From positions 10,679,480-10,743,479 of the forward strand of contig CM121342.1 in NCBI GenBank assembly GCA_051530055.1: a stretch of 64,000 nt of DNA, read 5' to 3'. How positions within the stretch are numbered: position 1 is the first letter of the stretch; every line of letters begins with the position of its first letter. A program made the translations under genes and the position numbers. Origin of the DNA: Neoechinorhynchus agilis (taxonomy: Eukaryota; Animalia; Acanthocephala). Below, one piece after another: positions 36,200-49,065 of the stretch. The notes under the pieces were generated by a model that saw nothing but the letters and a program-made list of their open reading frames with translations, searched no databases and had not been told where the DNA came from.

Positions 36200-38940
36200 T
36201 TTGTAAGGTGCGGAACAACTTCTTTGATTTTATTAACATTCACCGGTTACACACACAACAGCAAAACGTTTCAACAATCACCACCGTCCACGAAGAAGAG
36301 GCATCGCTCTCCCCTCAGTGGTCGCGATCACACTCGCTGCGTTTCCTCTTTGGATCGCGAGACCAATGTTTTGGCGTAGGAAGGCACCAGCTCCTGTATT
36401 TCCTTTCTTAGCCTGGAGTCTACCCGATAAATCCTTCGTAAATCTAAGTGCCGAGCTACCGAGCGCACCAAGAGTCTCCACTCCGAAGGATACAAAAACG
36501 TGAGACCTACTTAATTCTTTATATTTCGCCACTTTTCGATCCTCCGCGGAAGTAGCTGCTCTCCCCCTGGGGACTGCACCACAAACCTCCTGTTACTTGC
36601 CGCGAACGTGTCTGCACACGTGGCGTCCCAGAGAAAACACTTGCCTTCTCGCCACGGGAATACAGTTACGCCATCCGGACGAGGACCATCGAGTCGGCAC
36701 TGGTTGCTCGGCTCTAAAATGTTTGGGACGTTCATCGCATTTAGGGCACGCGAAATTACGTCGTTCAATTCAGCATGCCGTGAGAAACGACCCCCTGATT
36801 TGTTGCAAACAAGACCATGTCTCCCCAGTGGATCCACGATCATTCCAAACTGGCAACGATGTTCGACACAAATCGATAGACCTAATCTGAGGGAAACTCC
36901 GATCCGAACTGCTTCGTCTACGAGGAGTGTTCCTGCGAATGCAATGGGTAGCCACTCAAATTTCAGAGTTACAAAAGGCCATCTCATCTTTTGCAAATGG
37001 TTCTTTAGCGGCGTCACGTGGAAAGAAGACAAGTTTTATTATTATATCTACATTGGTCAAATGCTTGTTGTCCTTCCTTCATTCGGCGAAAGGAAACTTC
37101 TTCCGGCTGCCCGTCATTCACGTGTAAGAAGTCGCCGCCACATACCTCCCCTCCAGTGTCGCCGCACTAATCCGTTCCGTCCTGGAAACGTGCCGGTCTT
37201 TATACTTGACGACCGCAGCGAGTCGTCTGTTGCTTGAGAGGCGGTACCGGGGGCAGCACCGGATCAGTGATTTGTGGTACAAGACATGTTTGCAGCACCT
37301 TGTCGAAGGTGCTTTATCGCGTCTCGGCATCGTAAAGCTTCCTGCTGAAGGATAGAACTACCAGGTGCCGTCTTTGGCCCGTAGTTTGTGGGCTGCGCCG
37401 ACTGCCAGTGCTGAGGCATCGGTGACATTGGCGAACGCTGCTTCCTTGTTGGATTGAGCAAGGAGGTCCGCGTGTCACGACGCTGCGCTGGGCCTGATGT
37501 CGAGCAACCGACTTGAACCTCGGTGTGATGACGGCGTGTTGCTGGCAGCTGGGCCTGGTCAGGAAGCTGACCAGGCCGGTCTCGTCGGGGTCACCAATTT
37601 AGCGGCGTCACGGAAAGAAGACGAAGTATTTTAATATTATTATTATCTACATTGGTCAAATGCTTGTCGTCCTTCCTTCATTCGGCGAAAGAAGTCGCCG
37701 CCACAGTTCGGGTCACGGGCTTGACGGACTAAGGCCTCAGCACCTAAAGGACATGATGTCCTTTTCAACTGGTGAAGCAGCTCTCTCTCTAGGAAGTGCG
37801 CTTTCTAGAATAGTCGACCGCCTGACTGGAGAGGACCTGAACCCCGTTGCAAAGGACCTATTTTTCGGAGCCTCATTGTGTGCCCTCACAAAAAAAGAAG
37901 GTGTGATCCGTCCCATCGCCGTATCTTCGACGATACGCCGACTCGCAGGAAAAATTCTCTGCAAACGTATTACAGAGAAAACCGGACAGCAACTTTGTCC
38001 ATTCCAACTGGGCTGCTGCACATCCTGCGGGGCGGAAGCTATTGTCCACTCGCTCCGAAACTTTGCTACGAGAAGCTCAGAGCCGTGCGTGATTCTTAAG
38101 TGCGATTTTCGGAACGCCTTTAACTTTCTCAATAGAGAAAACATGTTCTGCGCAATTAGGGATCACGCACCAGAAGCCTTCCAGTATTTTCTCAATGCCT
38201 ACGGGACGGCGACTCCTTTGCTTTTCGAAGATTACCTCATTTGGTCCGAAAGAGGAGTGCAGCAAGGAGATCCCCTCGGTCCAATCTCATTCTCCCTAAC
38301 AGTAAATCCAATAGCTCATTCTCTCCATTCCAGCTTCAACGCTTGGTACTTGGATGACACTACGCTCGGAGGTGATCCCTCCGTTGTACTGCGCGATTTG
38401 GAGACGCTGATTAGGGAGACCTCGAAGATGGGCATTGAGCTTAATGCTGGAAAATGTGAGCTCCTTGTACTGAATATTGGAGACGCCGCCAAAGTCAAAG
38501 AACTAATGGCTGGGTTCGAAGCCGTAGCTCCAGGCCTGAAACTCGTGACTCGGGAACAACTCAGCCTCCTGGGCAGTTGCGTCTTCGATTCAAATGTGGA
38601 AGATGAGATCGGCCATATCATACCGAAACTTTCGTTGCTGTGCGATAGGATGTGCGCTCTCTCGGCTCATGAAGCCTTGTTTCTCATAAAGAACGCGCTT
38701 TGTCCCCTTTGGGGTAGAGACGTATGGAGCGCTCGGCAGCTCGGCACTCACTCTGCTCCAGGATCTCTCGAAGAAATTGAGAGAGGCAACCGGAGACTCA
38801 AGAGCAGGCGTATTCCTTCGACAAAATATCTCGCTAGCAGTACAACGGGACAATGCTGCCAGCGTGATGGCGACGGTCGAGGAAGGACAAAAGCTGGAAT
38901 TCGGCGGGAGGTGGTGAGTGTGTTAATTGTCGAGAGATGA
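36200..38940. mobile_element. Scrambled CRE-like element(s): RLE (-), N-terminal part (-), RT and RLE tail (+)
   Basis: 36278-37003 minus: HGLVCNKSGGRFSRHAELND, RPDGVT, LWDATCADT. 37690-38697 plus: GLDGLRPQHLKD, IRPIAV, DFRNAFN, GVQQGDPLGP, YLDD. 38697-38910 continues VPFGVETYG after an internal deletion. Confidence 0.9.
37004..37691 (+). repeat. ~90-bp direct repeat pair (37004-37092 and 37598-37691) at CRE breakpoints
   Basis: tttagcggcgtcacg...tctacattggtcaaatgcttgt.gtccttccttcattcggcgaaag occurs twice. Confidence 0.9.
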
Positions 38941-38944
38941 AGAT

Positions 38945-41354
38945 TGATTGAATACATTTATATTTATAAAATCTAATGCTTTAAAAATATCAAACGAAAT
39001 CAAAATATTCATTAATTTCTAATAATTATTAAAAATTTGACACAATCTCCGAAATTGCCGAGTGCACTGACTTATTCGGTAAGAAACCATGACATCTCGG
39101 GTCTATGCAGTTATTGTCCAAAGCAAATCGAAAAACTAGTTTGGCTAGGACGCGTTCATAGATCTAAACAAGAGAGTTCTGAATCGAAATGGGCTTAACC
39201 TCCCCTTCAGAGGCCACCTTCCTGCGCTTCTTCGTTAGGAAGATCCTTTTTACAAAATTGATTTCTGTCCACTCTTCCGGTGGAGCGTGAGTGAAGACCT
39301 GTGCAATATCTGTTAAATTCTCTCGTGAAATCCAATTTGTGGCCTTAAGACAGGCTGACGATCCATTATTTGAGATTTTATCTTTTGAATTCCAATAGCT
39401 AACAATATGGAGAGATTTGCCCAGAATTCAGCATCAACAGGGTTGCCTTAACTCTTTGCTAACATAAAATTCCTTCCATATAAGCGGAGCAATCCAGGAG
39501 AATCGGAGTCAGTTCTCATTCTTGCCATCGATGTGAGAAAGTCACTACTTGATGTGATTAAAAATTGGTTAATATCAGCGAAAGAGGCGAAGTATTTTGC
39601 GTAAAGAAAAACCTGAGCGCCATATTAAATAATTGAACGTCAAGGAACCCCATTTTGAATTTTCTATTTAACAATTGGTTCCGTTCGAGATCGCAACAAA
39701 TCATGTACAGCTCGGCGGAAAAAGGCATTCTTAGTAATGGCTAAAGGTTTGAGTGTGCAACCTTTCCTCCACTGGCAGAGATCCTAATATGAAGATGCCG
39801 AAGAAGATTGAAAGGTGGGAAATCTGGGGACAGGATTTCAAGTGAGTCGCAAGCTAGGATCACTGCATTTAGCAATTTTTGGGAGGAGTCACTGAAATCA
39901 CCATAAATAAAATCTGTTTCTGAATTTAGAATATTCTTTAGACAGTTTTTAATTTCTGTCAAATACATTTTCCGAGGTGGTCTGATATAGTCATTACAGG
40001 CGAATGGCGTTTAAAGATGTGGGAAATATGGATAGCAGTCCTTGAGAGGAATTCGAATAGGGTGGCGTAATAAAACAAGAATGATCTTTCAATAAAAACT
40101 GAATATTACCCCGGAAGGTTATTCGAATACTAGAGATTTGGTCTCTTGGTTAAAGCAGATGTCAAAACTGGTAATCTGAGAATTCAGGCGCCTAAACCCC
40201 GCTGAGCCCCCTGCGTTCCATTGCACCAGCCTGAGACTCATTGCAATCCGCCCCTTTGGATGGGATTGTGAACACCTTCGGCGCAAATCTGCTTCTGTTC
40301 CTCAATCACTTGCTTTACATAAGCTTCTACATCGTTGGCTTTGAACGATTTGTTCTAAGGATCATCCTCCAAGGAAGAGTGTTGATGACATCGTTTTGCT
40401 GGCGAAGATTTCTCATTAAGAGTCATGGAGCTTGCCTAGGATATAATATTTGCAATTGAACATTGCTTGGTGGTTTTCTCGGGTGGTGGTCCTGAGCGCA
40501 AAAAGCATCGTCCTTTTGAGGGACATTTTTGATCCGAGTGACCCGGTTTTTAAGGTTAATGTTGCAACGTGGAAATACGTATTCGTCCTGCGCTGATATC
40601 TGATGAGCAAAAATCGAAGTCCGTCGATTGGAAGAATGACGTAGATGTCGTCAAATCATATCGCGTATATGAATCGGAGCCTTAATGACGGCTCAAGGAA
40701 TCGGTTTGCTCGTTTTGGTTGATTTTAGAAAGAATAAGATGGAACATCCGAACTTGTTTGAGAAGTCGCGGCGATCCTCTGCGTCAATGTCTGGAGGTAA
40801 GTCGTCCGAAATGATAAATGTCGAGTAGAAACCTGAGTCCGATACTGTGAGATCCGGTTATCACCAAATCGTGAGATGAAGTCTCTATAGTGTTGAACGA
40901 ATTCGTACGATACAAAGTGGATCTTCCTGAGGTTCCTCCGAAGTATTATATCGAGCGACTACGATGACACTCGTCTTCAAGGGTTTTGATCCACGGAGGA
41001 ACATATAATTTGTGCATCCCGTCCCTTGGATGGATGGATTTCGATTGCTGGGAAATCGTATACGGCCATTTTCTAATTGGTTATTCAATGAATTGGTGAC
41101 TGTTCCAGAGATGAAAATCCTCCTTTGTTTGTTGATGGTTTGTGCAAGAATCTTTGAGATCTACACATAAGTTGGAGTTTGTGGGTTGCGTGTGAAACGT
41201 TTTTAGTTTAATTGACTTTATGATACGAATTTGCGCTTTGTAATTTTATTGATTTGATTGCAGTTTTTTTAATGCGGCAAGGCGATCGCTTTGTCACAAT
41301 TCCGAATTTGCCGAACACATAAAAAATGTATTGTTCATTGTTTTTAACTTATAA
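38945..41354 (-). mobile_element. Family G LINE copy (5' portion)
   Basis: Matches 1632-4091 with small deletions. Confidence 0.92.
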
Positions 41355-41355
41355 T

Positions 41356-41910
41356 CATCCGCGTTCCAGGGTCGGTGTTGTTAATAAAGTCATTGTTGCG
41401 CTGGCACATTTCGTTCAACCTGCACTGCTTGTCACAAATCTGATTCGTAGCTGTTGTTGTTGGTATAGTTGTTCGTTAATAAACTAATAGGAATTACTAA
41501 AGCGCTCTTTCGTCGATGCAAAATTGAGCTCAGTATTCCAACCAACAGATCAACCCCAATTCGGACATGCCCAGTTTACGGTTTGTTCCTACTATCCTCC
41601 CCCCCCGAGGTTTTGAGTGATTGTGCATAAGTTTCTCAAGGGGATCAGATGGAACATTCTATTGACGCGTCAAAGTTTAAGCGTCCGGTTAGAAAAGAAG
41701 ACTTTGTTATTAAAATTCCCAAGGAAGCCATGGGTACTAAATCCCCCTCGTATTTTTCGTGCAATTACTACGGGAAGTACATACAGCCTAGTGGTCGAGA
41801 TAAGTCGATGAATTTTCTGATTAAGAGGTTCTCGGTGACTGAATTCCACATTCGATTTGTATTCTTCGATGTGGCAGATAAAGACCTATTTTCTAAGATG
41901 TTGGGGCATG
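41356..41910 (+). mobile_element. 5' end/ORF1 start of another B-related LINE
   Basis: KRPVRKEDFVIKIPKEAMGTKSP...FHIRFVFFD aligns to family B ORF1 KRPTKKDDFAVKISKEALGTRSP...FHIIFCFFN. Confidence 0.75.
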
Positions 41911-42655
41911 AGGAAAGTAAATTCGGAAGATTGTCCAAATTATTGAGGAGAGGGCTCAGCTTCCTTTCGAGTGTAGTGATCGCTTCTGTGAGTCGGGCTT
42001 GTATCATGGTGAAAAGCCTGTTACGGACTTCATCCAGTCGCCACTCAAATTGATCGACGTGCAAAAATTGAGTTGATGAAGTCCGAACATTGGGGCACGA
42101 AGTGGCAGAAGGTGAGAGGTGCCGAGTGTATTGAAGTTGTTGTTGGAGGATACAAGGAGCGGTATCGAGGTGTAACATTATGATCTTTACTTATAGTCCA
42201 TAGCCAATACGTTTTGAATTCTGGGCATCCTCTGTAGAAAGCGGGGCGTGGTAAATTGCAATTCGTACATCGCTCATTGTCTCTGTTGGGACAATTGTCC
42301 GATGCATGGTCAGTTTTTGCGCAATTGCTGCATCTTGGAGAAGCAGGGTGAGGACAATGTTGAGCAAAGTGGCCCCATGTTCGACAAAAATTGCATTGAG
42401 GAAAAATGTGGTCGTCTTGAACCGATCCTGATTTAAGCGAGAAAAGATATTCGAAGCAGTTGAAAGCATAAGAGGATTGCTCGCAAAGTGTTTTTGAGGA
42501 AAAATTTAATTTGCGAAGGGGCTGCAGATCGATTTGGAGAAATTAGATCGTTTGAAGATGTCGACTGTTGAGGGATATTGGAGTCCTCCGACTGGAGCAT
42601 AGAGGGTAGACCGATTTTGATTTAGCCACGATATTCTTAAAAATATCGGCCCGCC
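41905..42655 (-). mobile_element. Inverted copy of family D ORF1 mosaic
   Basis: Reverse complement of ~16990-17805 with an internal deletion. Confidence 0.9.
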
Positions 42656-43420
42656 TGGCAAACAAAAAACATAAAGAATTAATTGAAATAGTGTATGCAA
42701 AAGTTAAAAATACCCTTGAAGTTCAGTGGAACCAAAATCATTAGTTAGTGGATAGAATGGCAACAATACATTTTTATCGAAATAAAGATGAACTCGATTT
42801 TTGTACTTAGAGTGTTAAAGAATCATAATTAAAATCATAGCGACAATTAGAAAATCCAACAAATAGCCGTCAGTGATCGAACGATAAAATAGCCGATAAA
42901 GTTTCCATTAACAAATCGTTCAGGAGAATTTATCTTTACTCCTAAACTCGTGTGGGTTAGATGATATGTTTCAAGGTAACAAGGCATCCTTTTGGTTTTA
43001 TTAAAAATACAATAAAACTCTTGGAGTCTTAGCTCCCAAAATGGTGAGGATAAGAAAACAAATTGTCCTACCGGAAAAACAATAACCAATGGACAACTTT
43101 CGAGAACTTTTTCAATCTTTCAAAAGTTCTGGAAAATAGAAGTTCTTGTTTTAAGCCAACGTAAATCACTGACGGAGAAAGTCGAAATACGTCGCTCGTA
43201 TTCTAATGATGCATAAAATTAAATGATTTGCCTCAAACTTAATTTTTAGGTTGTCCGATTTTTGAAATATTTTCACCGAAAAAACATAGCCCGTAATATC
43301 CAGTGATATCCTTCGTAGGATTACATTTTAAACTACTGCATGTTTTTTCTTTTAACGCTCATAAATTCGACCAATAACAATTTCGTGTTTAATCTTAATA
43401 AAAAATTGAAAGTATTCAGT
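42655..43420 (+). repeat. Partial copy 4 of the double-domain unit (last codons and downstream region)
   Basis: gcaaacaaaaaacataaagaattaattgaa...ccaaaatcattagttagtggatag plus the downstream flank shared with 4130-4870. Confidence 0.9.
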
Positions 43421-43479
43421 ATTATTAAAACTCACGGCTCATACAAACAAACACACAAATCATTTCCTTAATTCTTTAG

Positions 43480-43870
43480 TTTATGCGTGCTAGCATGTCG
43501 TTTGCCCAAGACAACTGTGAGTTGAGGGACGATCTCTTAAATCCGTCACAGCAGCCTCGAGTACCCTTCTTTATTAAGCTTCCTCGAGACCAAAAGAAAG
43601 TTTTGTTACTATTTACGACCAGATTGGCTTTCCTAAGTTCCGAAGACAAAGAATTCATAAAATTAGCTATATTATTAGTTAGGATTGAAGATGTTCTAGC
43701 TTTACAAAATAGAAATATATCATCCGCATAAACTAGCGGAAATATGGAAGAAGATTTCTTTAATTTTAAAAAAATATATATGAAGACAATTAAGAATAAG
43801 TTGGGCGAGAAGGGAGAGCCTTGAGGAACGCCATACTTAGAGAAAAATTTAGTGTGAAAATTAACGCATT
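43480..43870 (-). mobile_element. AT-rich LINE RT fragment (F/B-like)
   Basis: The minus strand reads GVPQGSPFSPNLFLI, followed by a frameshifted YADD region. Confidence 0.7.
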
Positions 43871-44013
43871 TGACCGTTATTTGAATTTATCAAAAAACAC
43901 GGCCACCCAATGTCCTGAGGTTTCCTATAACCTCAGCTTTACGAGAGCAATTGATCTCGAACCCATCTTCAAACTCAAAGCTTCTGTTGGAGGACTCCAA
44001 TATCCCTCAACAG

Positions 44014-47000
44014 ACACACACTCTTCTTATAGCTTTCTCTCATACTAGAGAGGTCGCTTTACCAGCTTGTCCTCAAAAATCAAACTTCACCCGATCGTCT
44101 TGGGTCCTCCATCACACTATCTATCCATCGTTTTTCGGCCTTCCCCGTTTCCTCTTCCCCTTGGCCTCAGTACGTCCGTCGCTCTTTATCCAATCGTATT
44201 CCGCTCGTTGATCGACATGATGGAACCATCGCATTCTTCTTTTGGCTATCAATTCTTGTGCCTGCTCGACGTCGAACACTTTTCTAGTCTCGGCATTGGG
44301 TATTTTATCCCTGCGTGTTACTCCAGCTAACCATCTCAGCATCCTCATTTCATTTACAATCAATCTCTGCACGTCCTTCTTTTTTGTAGCCCAAGTCTCC
44401 GCTGCGTATACCATTGCAAGTCTTACCACTGCTTTGTACACGCTCCCTTTGAGCTTGTTCAGGAGACGTTTATCGCACAGGATGCCCGTAACTCTTTTCC
44501 AGTTATTCCACTCGTATTGAACTCTTTGTCCGATCTCTTGTGCAAGTTCACAGGACATGTTTAACAGGCTGCCCAGATATTTGAAGTTGTTCCTCTTTTC
44601 GAAATTAACTCCCTGCATGCCTACTTCGCCTGGTCCCATATCGTTTTGCTCCTGCTAATTTTCAGGCCATTGCTTTCTAAGTGCTGTCGCCAATTCTCCA
44701 ACATTTTCTCGAGTGCCACCGAGTCCCTCGCCGTAAGCACCAGATAATCTGCAAATAATATCGTCCAGGGCGCGCTCATCTTCATCTCTGCATTTCCTAG
44801 GACATCGATGACTGTTGCGAACAAGAATGGGATAAGCACTGAACCTTGATGTAGACCAATGGACACCTGGAAATAATATGTCCTTCCTATTTGACATTGC
44901 ACGCTGGTGTAACGCTTTTCATACATCGTTTTGATCGTGATCACATAATGCTCTGGACAGTTTCTCTTCCTCAAACAGGCCCAAATAAGGTCTCGGGCAC
45001 GGTGTCATATGCTTTCTCCAGGTCGATGAACACACTGTGCAACGGACAATGCTTCTCATTAAATTTTTCATACAGCTGCCTTAGCACGAAGATCGCGTCG
45101 ATTGTGCTTCTACCTGGCATAAAGCCGCGCTGGTCTTCGCTGATTTTGATCTCCTCTCTAATCCTATTGTCAACAATTTGCTCCCACAATTTCATTGTGT
45201 GGAACATCAGCTAGATGCCACCGTAATTGCTACACCGCAGAATATTTCCTTTACCCTTAAAAATCGGCACAAGTATGCTTCTTTGCCATGCTGACGGAAT
45301 ATTTTGCTCTGCATCTATCTTTCGAAAGTCTAGTAAGCAGTTTGACTCCGAAGGCGTCCAAACATTTCCATAACTCAATCGGGATGTTATCTGGACCGGT
45401 ACTCTTACCAATCTTCATCTTTCTGATCTGCGATGCGACGTCATCGTATGAATACGGTCTAGCCATATTGATATTCGGCTGTGCTTGTTAAATAGGCAAT
45501 CTTTTATTCTCTGTGTTCAGGCGGGATCCGAAGTACTCCTTCCATCTGTTCAAAATATCGTTGTCTTGATCAAGCATCCTACCCTCACTGTCGTTGATCA
45601 TTTTGTGCCGTACGATGTCCCTTGACATTTTGTCCTGGATTTTAGCCAACTTGAAGATAATATTCCTCCCATTATCTCTCTCCAGCTGGTCATATAGCTC
45701 TTGATCGGCTTCCCTCTTTGCTTTGGCGCATTCTCGGGCAGCCTTCCTTTTTGCGTCTTTGTACGCATCTTTATTATGGGTTGAAGAATCGAAATCTAAA
45801 ATTTTCCTCGCTGCTCTTTTTTGACTGATGGCGTCCTTGACCGTTTGATTCCACCACCATGCACCTTTGTTCGGAGGTAGGGGTTTCCCCGACGTCATTC
45901 CCAAGATGATTTTGGCTTCCCGGAGGATAACTTCGACCGTCTCATCTCACCAGGTATCAACTTCGCCCACGTTCTCGCTTAGTTTCTGGGTGAGCACAAT
46001 CCTCATCTTTTCTTTGAGGATATGATCTTTTAACTTCCACCACTTGATTTTTCGTAAGATGCTCGTGTCTGCCGCTTGCAACCCCAATCCTGAGGTCGGC
46101 CACGAGTACGCTGTGTTGCATCGCACACTCTTCGCCTAATATTGTTTTGACATTGCAGACTTCGCCCCACTTCGCTATCAGGTACAAAATAAAATCGATT
46201 TGACCTTCCACCGCTCGAGTATGTGTGTAGGTGTCTTGGATCTTTTTGAAATTAAGTATTCGAAATATTAAAATCCAACGCTGTTGCATAATCCAACAGT
46301 TTTACACCCTCGGCGTTTCTTGATCCCTCACTGTCCACAATGGATTCGCTCGTTTCCCTCTCTCGGTCCAACGTGTCCGTTGAAATCTCCAGTTATCACA
46401 TGTCATTCCCCCATAGTCCTTCTCAATTCATATAGATCCAGCCAAAATTCATCTTTCGCCTCCTCGCTGCAACCGACCTGCGGGGCGTATGCCGCCACTA
46501 CTGTCGTGATTTCACCACTCACGTTTATCTTCACCGCCATAACTCGATCACTTGTTCTTTTCACTTCCATTACATCGTCGACTTGGTCTTTAGCAATTAC
46601 AATACCGACTCCGTTTCTACCATTTGTTCCGCCACTATAAATTAGTTTATAACCTTCTCCCAGTTCTTTAGCCTTGCATCCTTTCCGTCGTACTTCTTGT
46701 ATGCCGAGTATCTGAATTTTTCTTCTCCTCATCAAATCTACCACTTCTCGACTTCTCCCTGTCATAGAACCAACATTCAGAGAACCAATTCTCATTTTTA
46801 TGACGACTCTTTTCTTTAGCCAGGCCCGTCGTTGACCCGGTAACCCTAATTCATTTTTCGCATCCTCCGGGCGCCGAATCTGCGCGTCGCATAAGAGGCA
46901 CGCCCTAGTCAGATCGTTCGAAATTAAGGGACTTGACATTGGCATAGATAGTTTTGACACGGGTTTTTACGCCCGGATGCCCTTCCTGACGTCAACCCTC

Positions 47001-47040
47001 CCCATTTACCCGGGCCTGGGACCGGCACCGAGTTTCCACG
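44014..47040 (-). mobile_element. RTE-clade LINE, essentially full length (3.03 kb), decayed, inserted in a family D fragment
   Basis: APE 46403-46960 (IGSLNVGSM, LGIQEVR, AYAPQVG). RT 44121-45466 (GPDNIP, GFMPGRST, DLEKAYD, GLHQGS, FADYL). Exact 15-bp TSD aatatccctcaacag at 43999-44013 and 47041-47055. Confidence 0.95.
46993..47040 (-). ncRNA. Twister ribozyme 3' half at the RTE 5' end (5' strand with cleavage site absent)
   Basis: The minus strand reads UGCCGGUCCCAGGCCCGGGUAAAUGGGGAGGG, closely matching the recalled twister core UGCCGGUCCCAAGCCCGGAUAAA..GGAGGG. Confidence 0.75.
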
Positions 47041-47850
47041 AATATCCCTCAACAGGCGACATCTTCAAACGATCTAATTTCTCCAAATCGATCTGCAGCC
47101 TCTTTGCAAATTAAATTTTTCTTAACTTCAAGAAAGTCAGGACTTCCAATTTCTGCCATCATGGTGGAAGGCGATAGACACGTTCGGGACACACTTTTCG
47201 AGCAATCCTCTTATGCTTTCAACTGATGCTTTGAAATCTTAACCAGGATTTATATTTGGCTTCGAGGATGAAATTAATGAAACTGTTCTAGTTTTGTTTG
47301 ACGCTGTTTGCATCTTCCCCTAATTTGGCAGGGTTTGACTATTTTTGCTATTACCCACCAATTGAACATTTAGCTCTATGCACCTCTAATGCCTTTGTGT
47401 TTTTTTTGTGTATTTTGTGGGAAATTGTATTAATGCGACTTAGGCTTGGTCTATAAAGTCACGACAGAAAATCTTGCACTCGAAGTTGAGCGAAAACCAT
47501 GTGAACCTTAGCTCTTCAAGGCTAGTATTCTACATGGAAGCTGTTGAACACCAAACCGCGACACCTTTTACTCTCATTGCATTGAACATTTTATATGCAA
47601 TAAGTCTAAAACTATCATAAACTCGCAATACCTTTAAGGGACAGCGCCGCATCTCAGTTCACCTTTCATCGTCCTACTTTCCTCCATACAACCTATTAAT
47701 TTTCTTCACCTAAAATACGTTTCTCTCCCTTTATTCTTCGTCTCTGCACTCTTATCTTCTATAGTAACTACTCCAGCAACATTTACTGACCCAGCCTTAA
47801 TAAATTCCCTAAAACAATGTCAAAAAGACAGTCGTATATACTGTTTAGGC

Positions 47851-47948
47851 CTACAATCGCGATAAATGATTATTTATTAAAGACGTTTCAAACCTCGCCG
47901 GGTTCATCCGAAACGTCTTTAATAAATAATCATTTACCGCGGGTGTAG
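47851..47948. repeat. Inverted repeat, ~39-bp arms, 20-nt loop; loop resembles a broken hammerhead core as found at PLE termini
   Basis: Arms 47851-47889 and 47910-47948. The minus strand reads cGGAUGAacccggcgaggtttGAAAC. Confidence 0.75.
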
Positions 47949-48129
47949 ACTTCTAAACAATAATTCCAATCACATTCCCCGGTATCTCACATATCGACAC
48001 AGTCGGATATACGTTTGCAAACAGTAAAAGATAAACATATTCTAGATTTAAAGAAGAGTTGCATCCAGAATTCATCGAAACAGAAACTTCATCATCATCA
48101 ACCAAGCAAACAGTAAACCTTTGAGGTAT

Positions 48130-48560
48130 TTTTATCTACAAATACAATGACGAGGTTGTATGCATTTTTTGTTCCAGCCCGAAAGCAACATATAAGTTTG
48201 GCAGTGGAAAAGTGGGATGAATGGAAACTTGATTACTTTAAGAGACATATTGGTCAGAAAAGTCACATTGATTCAGTTATAGACTTGCACAAAGCGAATT
48301 GGGTGCAATCGTGCGGATGATAACTAAAAGCGATGAAGATCGTGATTCAAGCGGTTAGACTTTTGATTGATAATGTAATTTTTGCTGTTAAAATGAACAC
48401 GTCGATGCTCAGTGTATAAGATATTAATGATCGTGTTGCAAAGGATACTGAAGTTCCTGAAAACTCTCGTAGGTGAAACTGCTTTTGAGATGATTTTATG
48501 ACTGAATTGCGAGGGTCAGCTTGCAAAACGCTATTTGGCGGATAGTCAAATCGACCTCTC
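48130..48560 (+). mobile_element. Degenerate DNA-transposase fragment, probably hAT-related
   Basis: Across stops: KWDEWKLDYFKETYWSEKSHIDSVIDLHK...RLLIDNVIFAVKMNTSMLSV.DINDRVAK. It resembles a region I recall from hAT/ZNF862-like transposases; not verified. Confidence 0.4.
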
Positions 48561-49065
48561 GTGACAATGAATCTATTGAGAAGGCAATAAATTTTATATT
48601 TTTTAAGCCTGGCTTGCCGGTAACTTTTATTCTGTGTTTAAGTGTGGCCTTTTTCCCCGGCTGATAATTTTATTGCTTGGACACACAGCCCACTGATCTG
48701 AGCAAGGGAAGCGCGTAAAATCACCTAACACCCTGAACCATACGGTTATGAGTTTTGCATATCTCGCCGGATTCTCAACCTCCCGAGGTGCTGGGACTCA
48801 TCATTGATTTCCCTCCCTTCAGCAGTTTCCGCGTTGTCAAAAAATTGGAGGGAACGTCAAAAAATTATGGAATTTCTATTTGTACGACTATTCGTCTTAT
48901 TTCATAATGTGATTTACTAGCGTACACAACGTTCTAATATTATCGAATTCGACCATAACAAACAAATCGTATACTTATGATTAGATCATCAAAAACTTAT
49001 TTGTAAGCTTTGAAGCAAATATATACTGAAGGAGTTTTGAACACCAACCCCATTTTTATAACCAC

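Noticed and set aside
47235-47800. Additional degenerate RT fragment
   Set aside because: Motif-like scraps are out of the expected order and too decayed to call.
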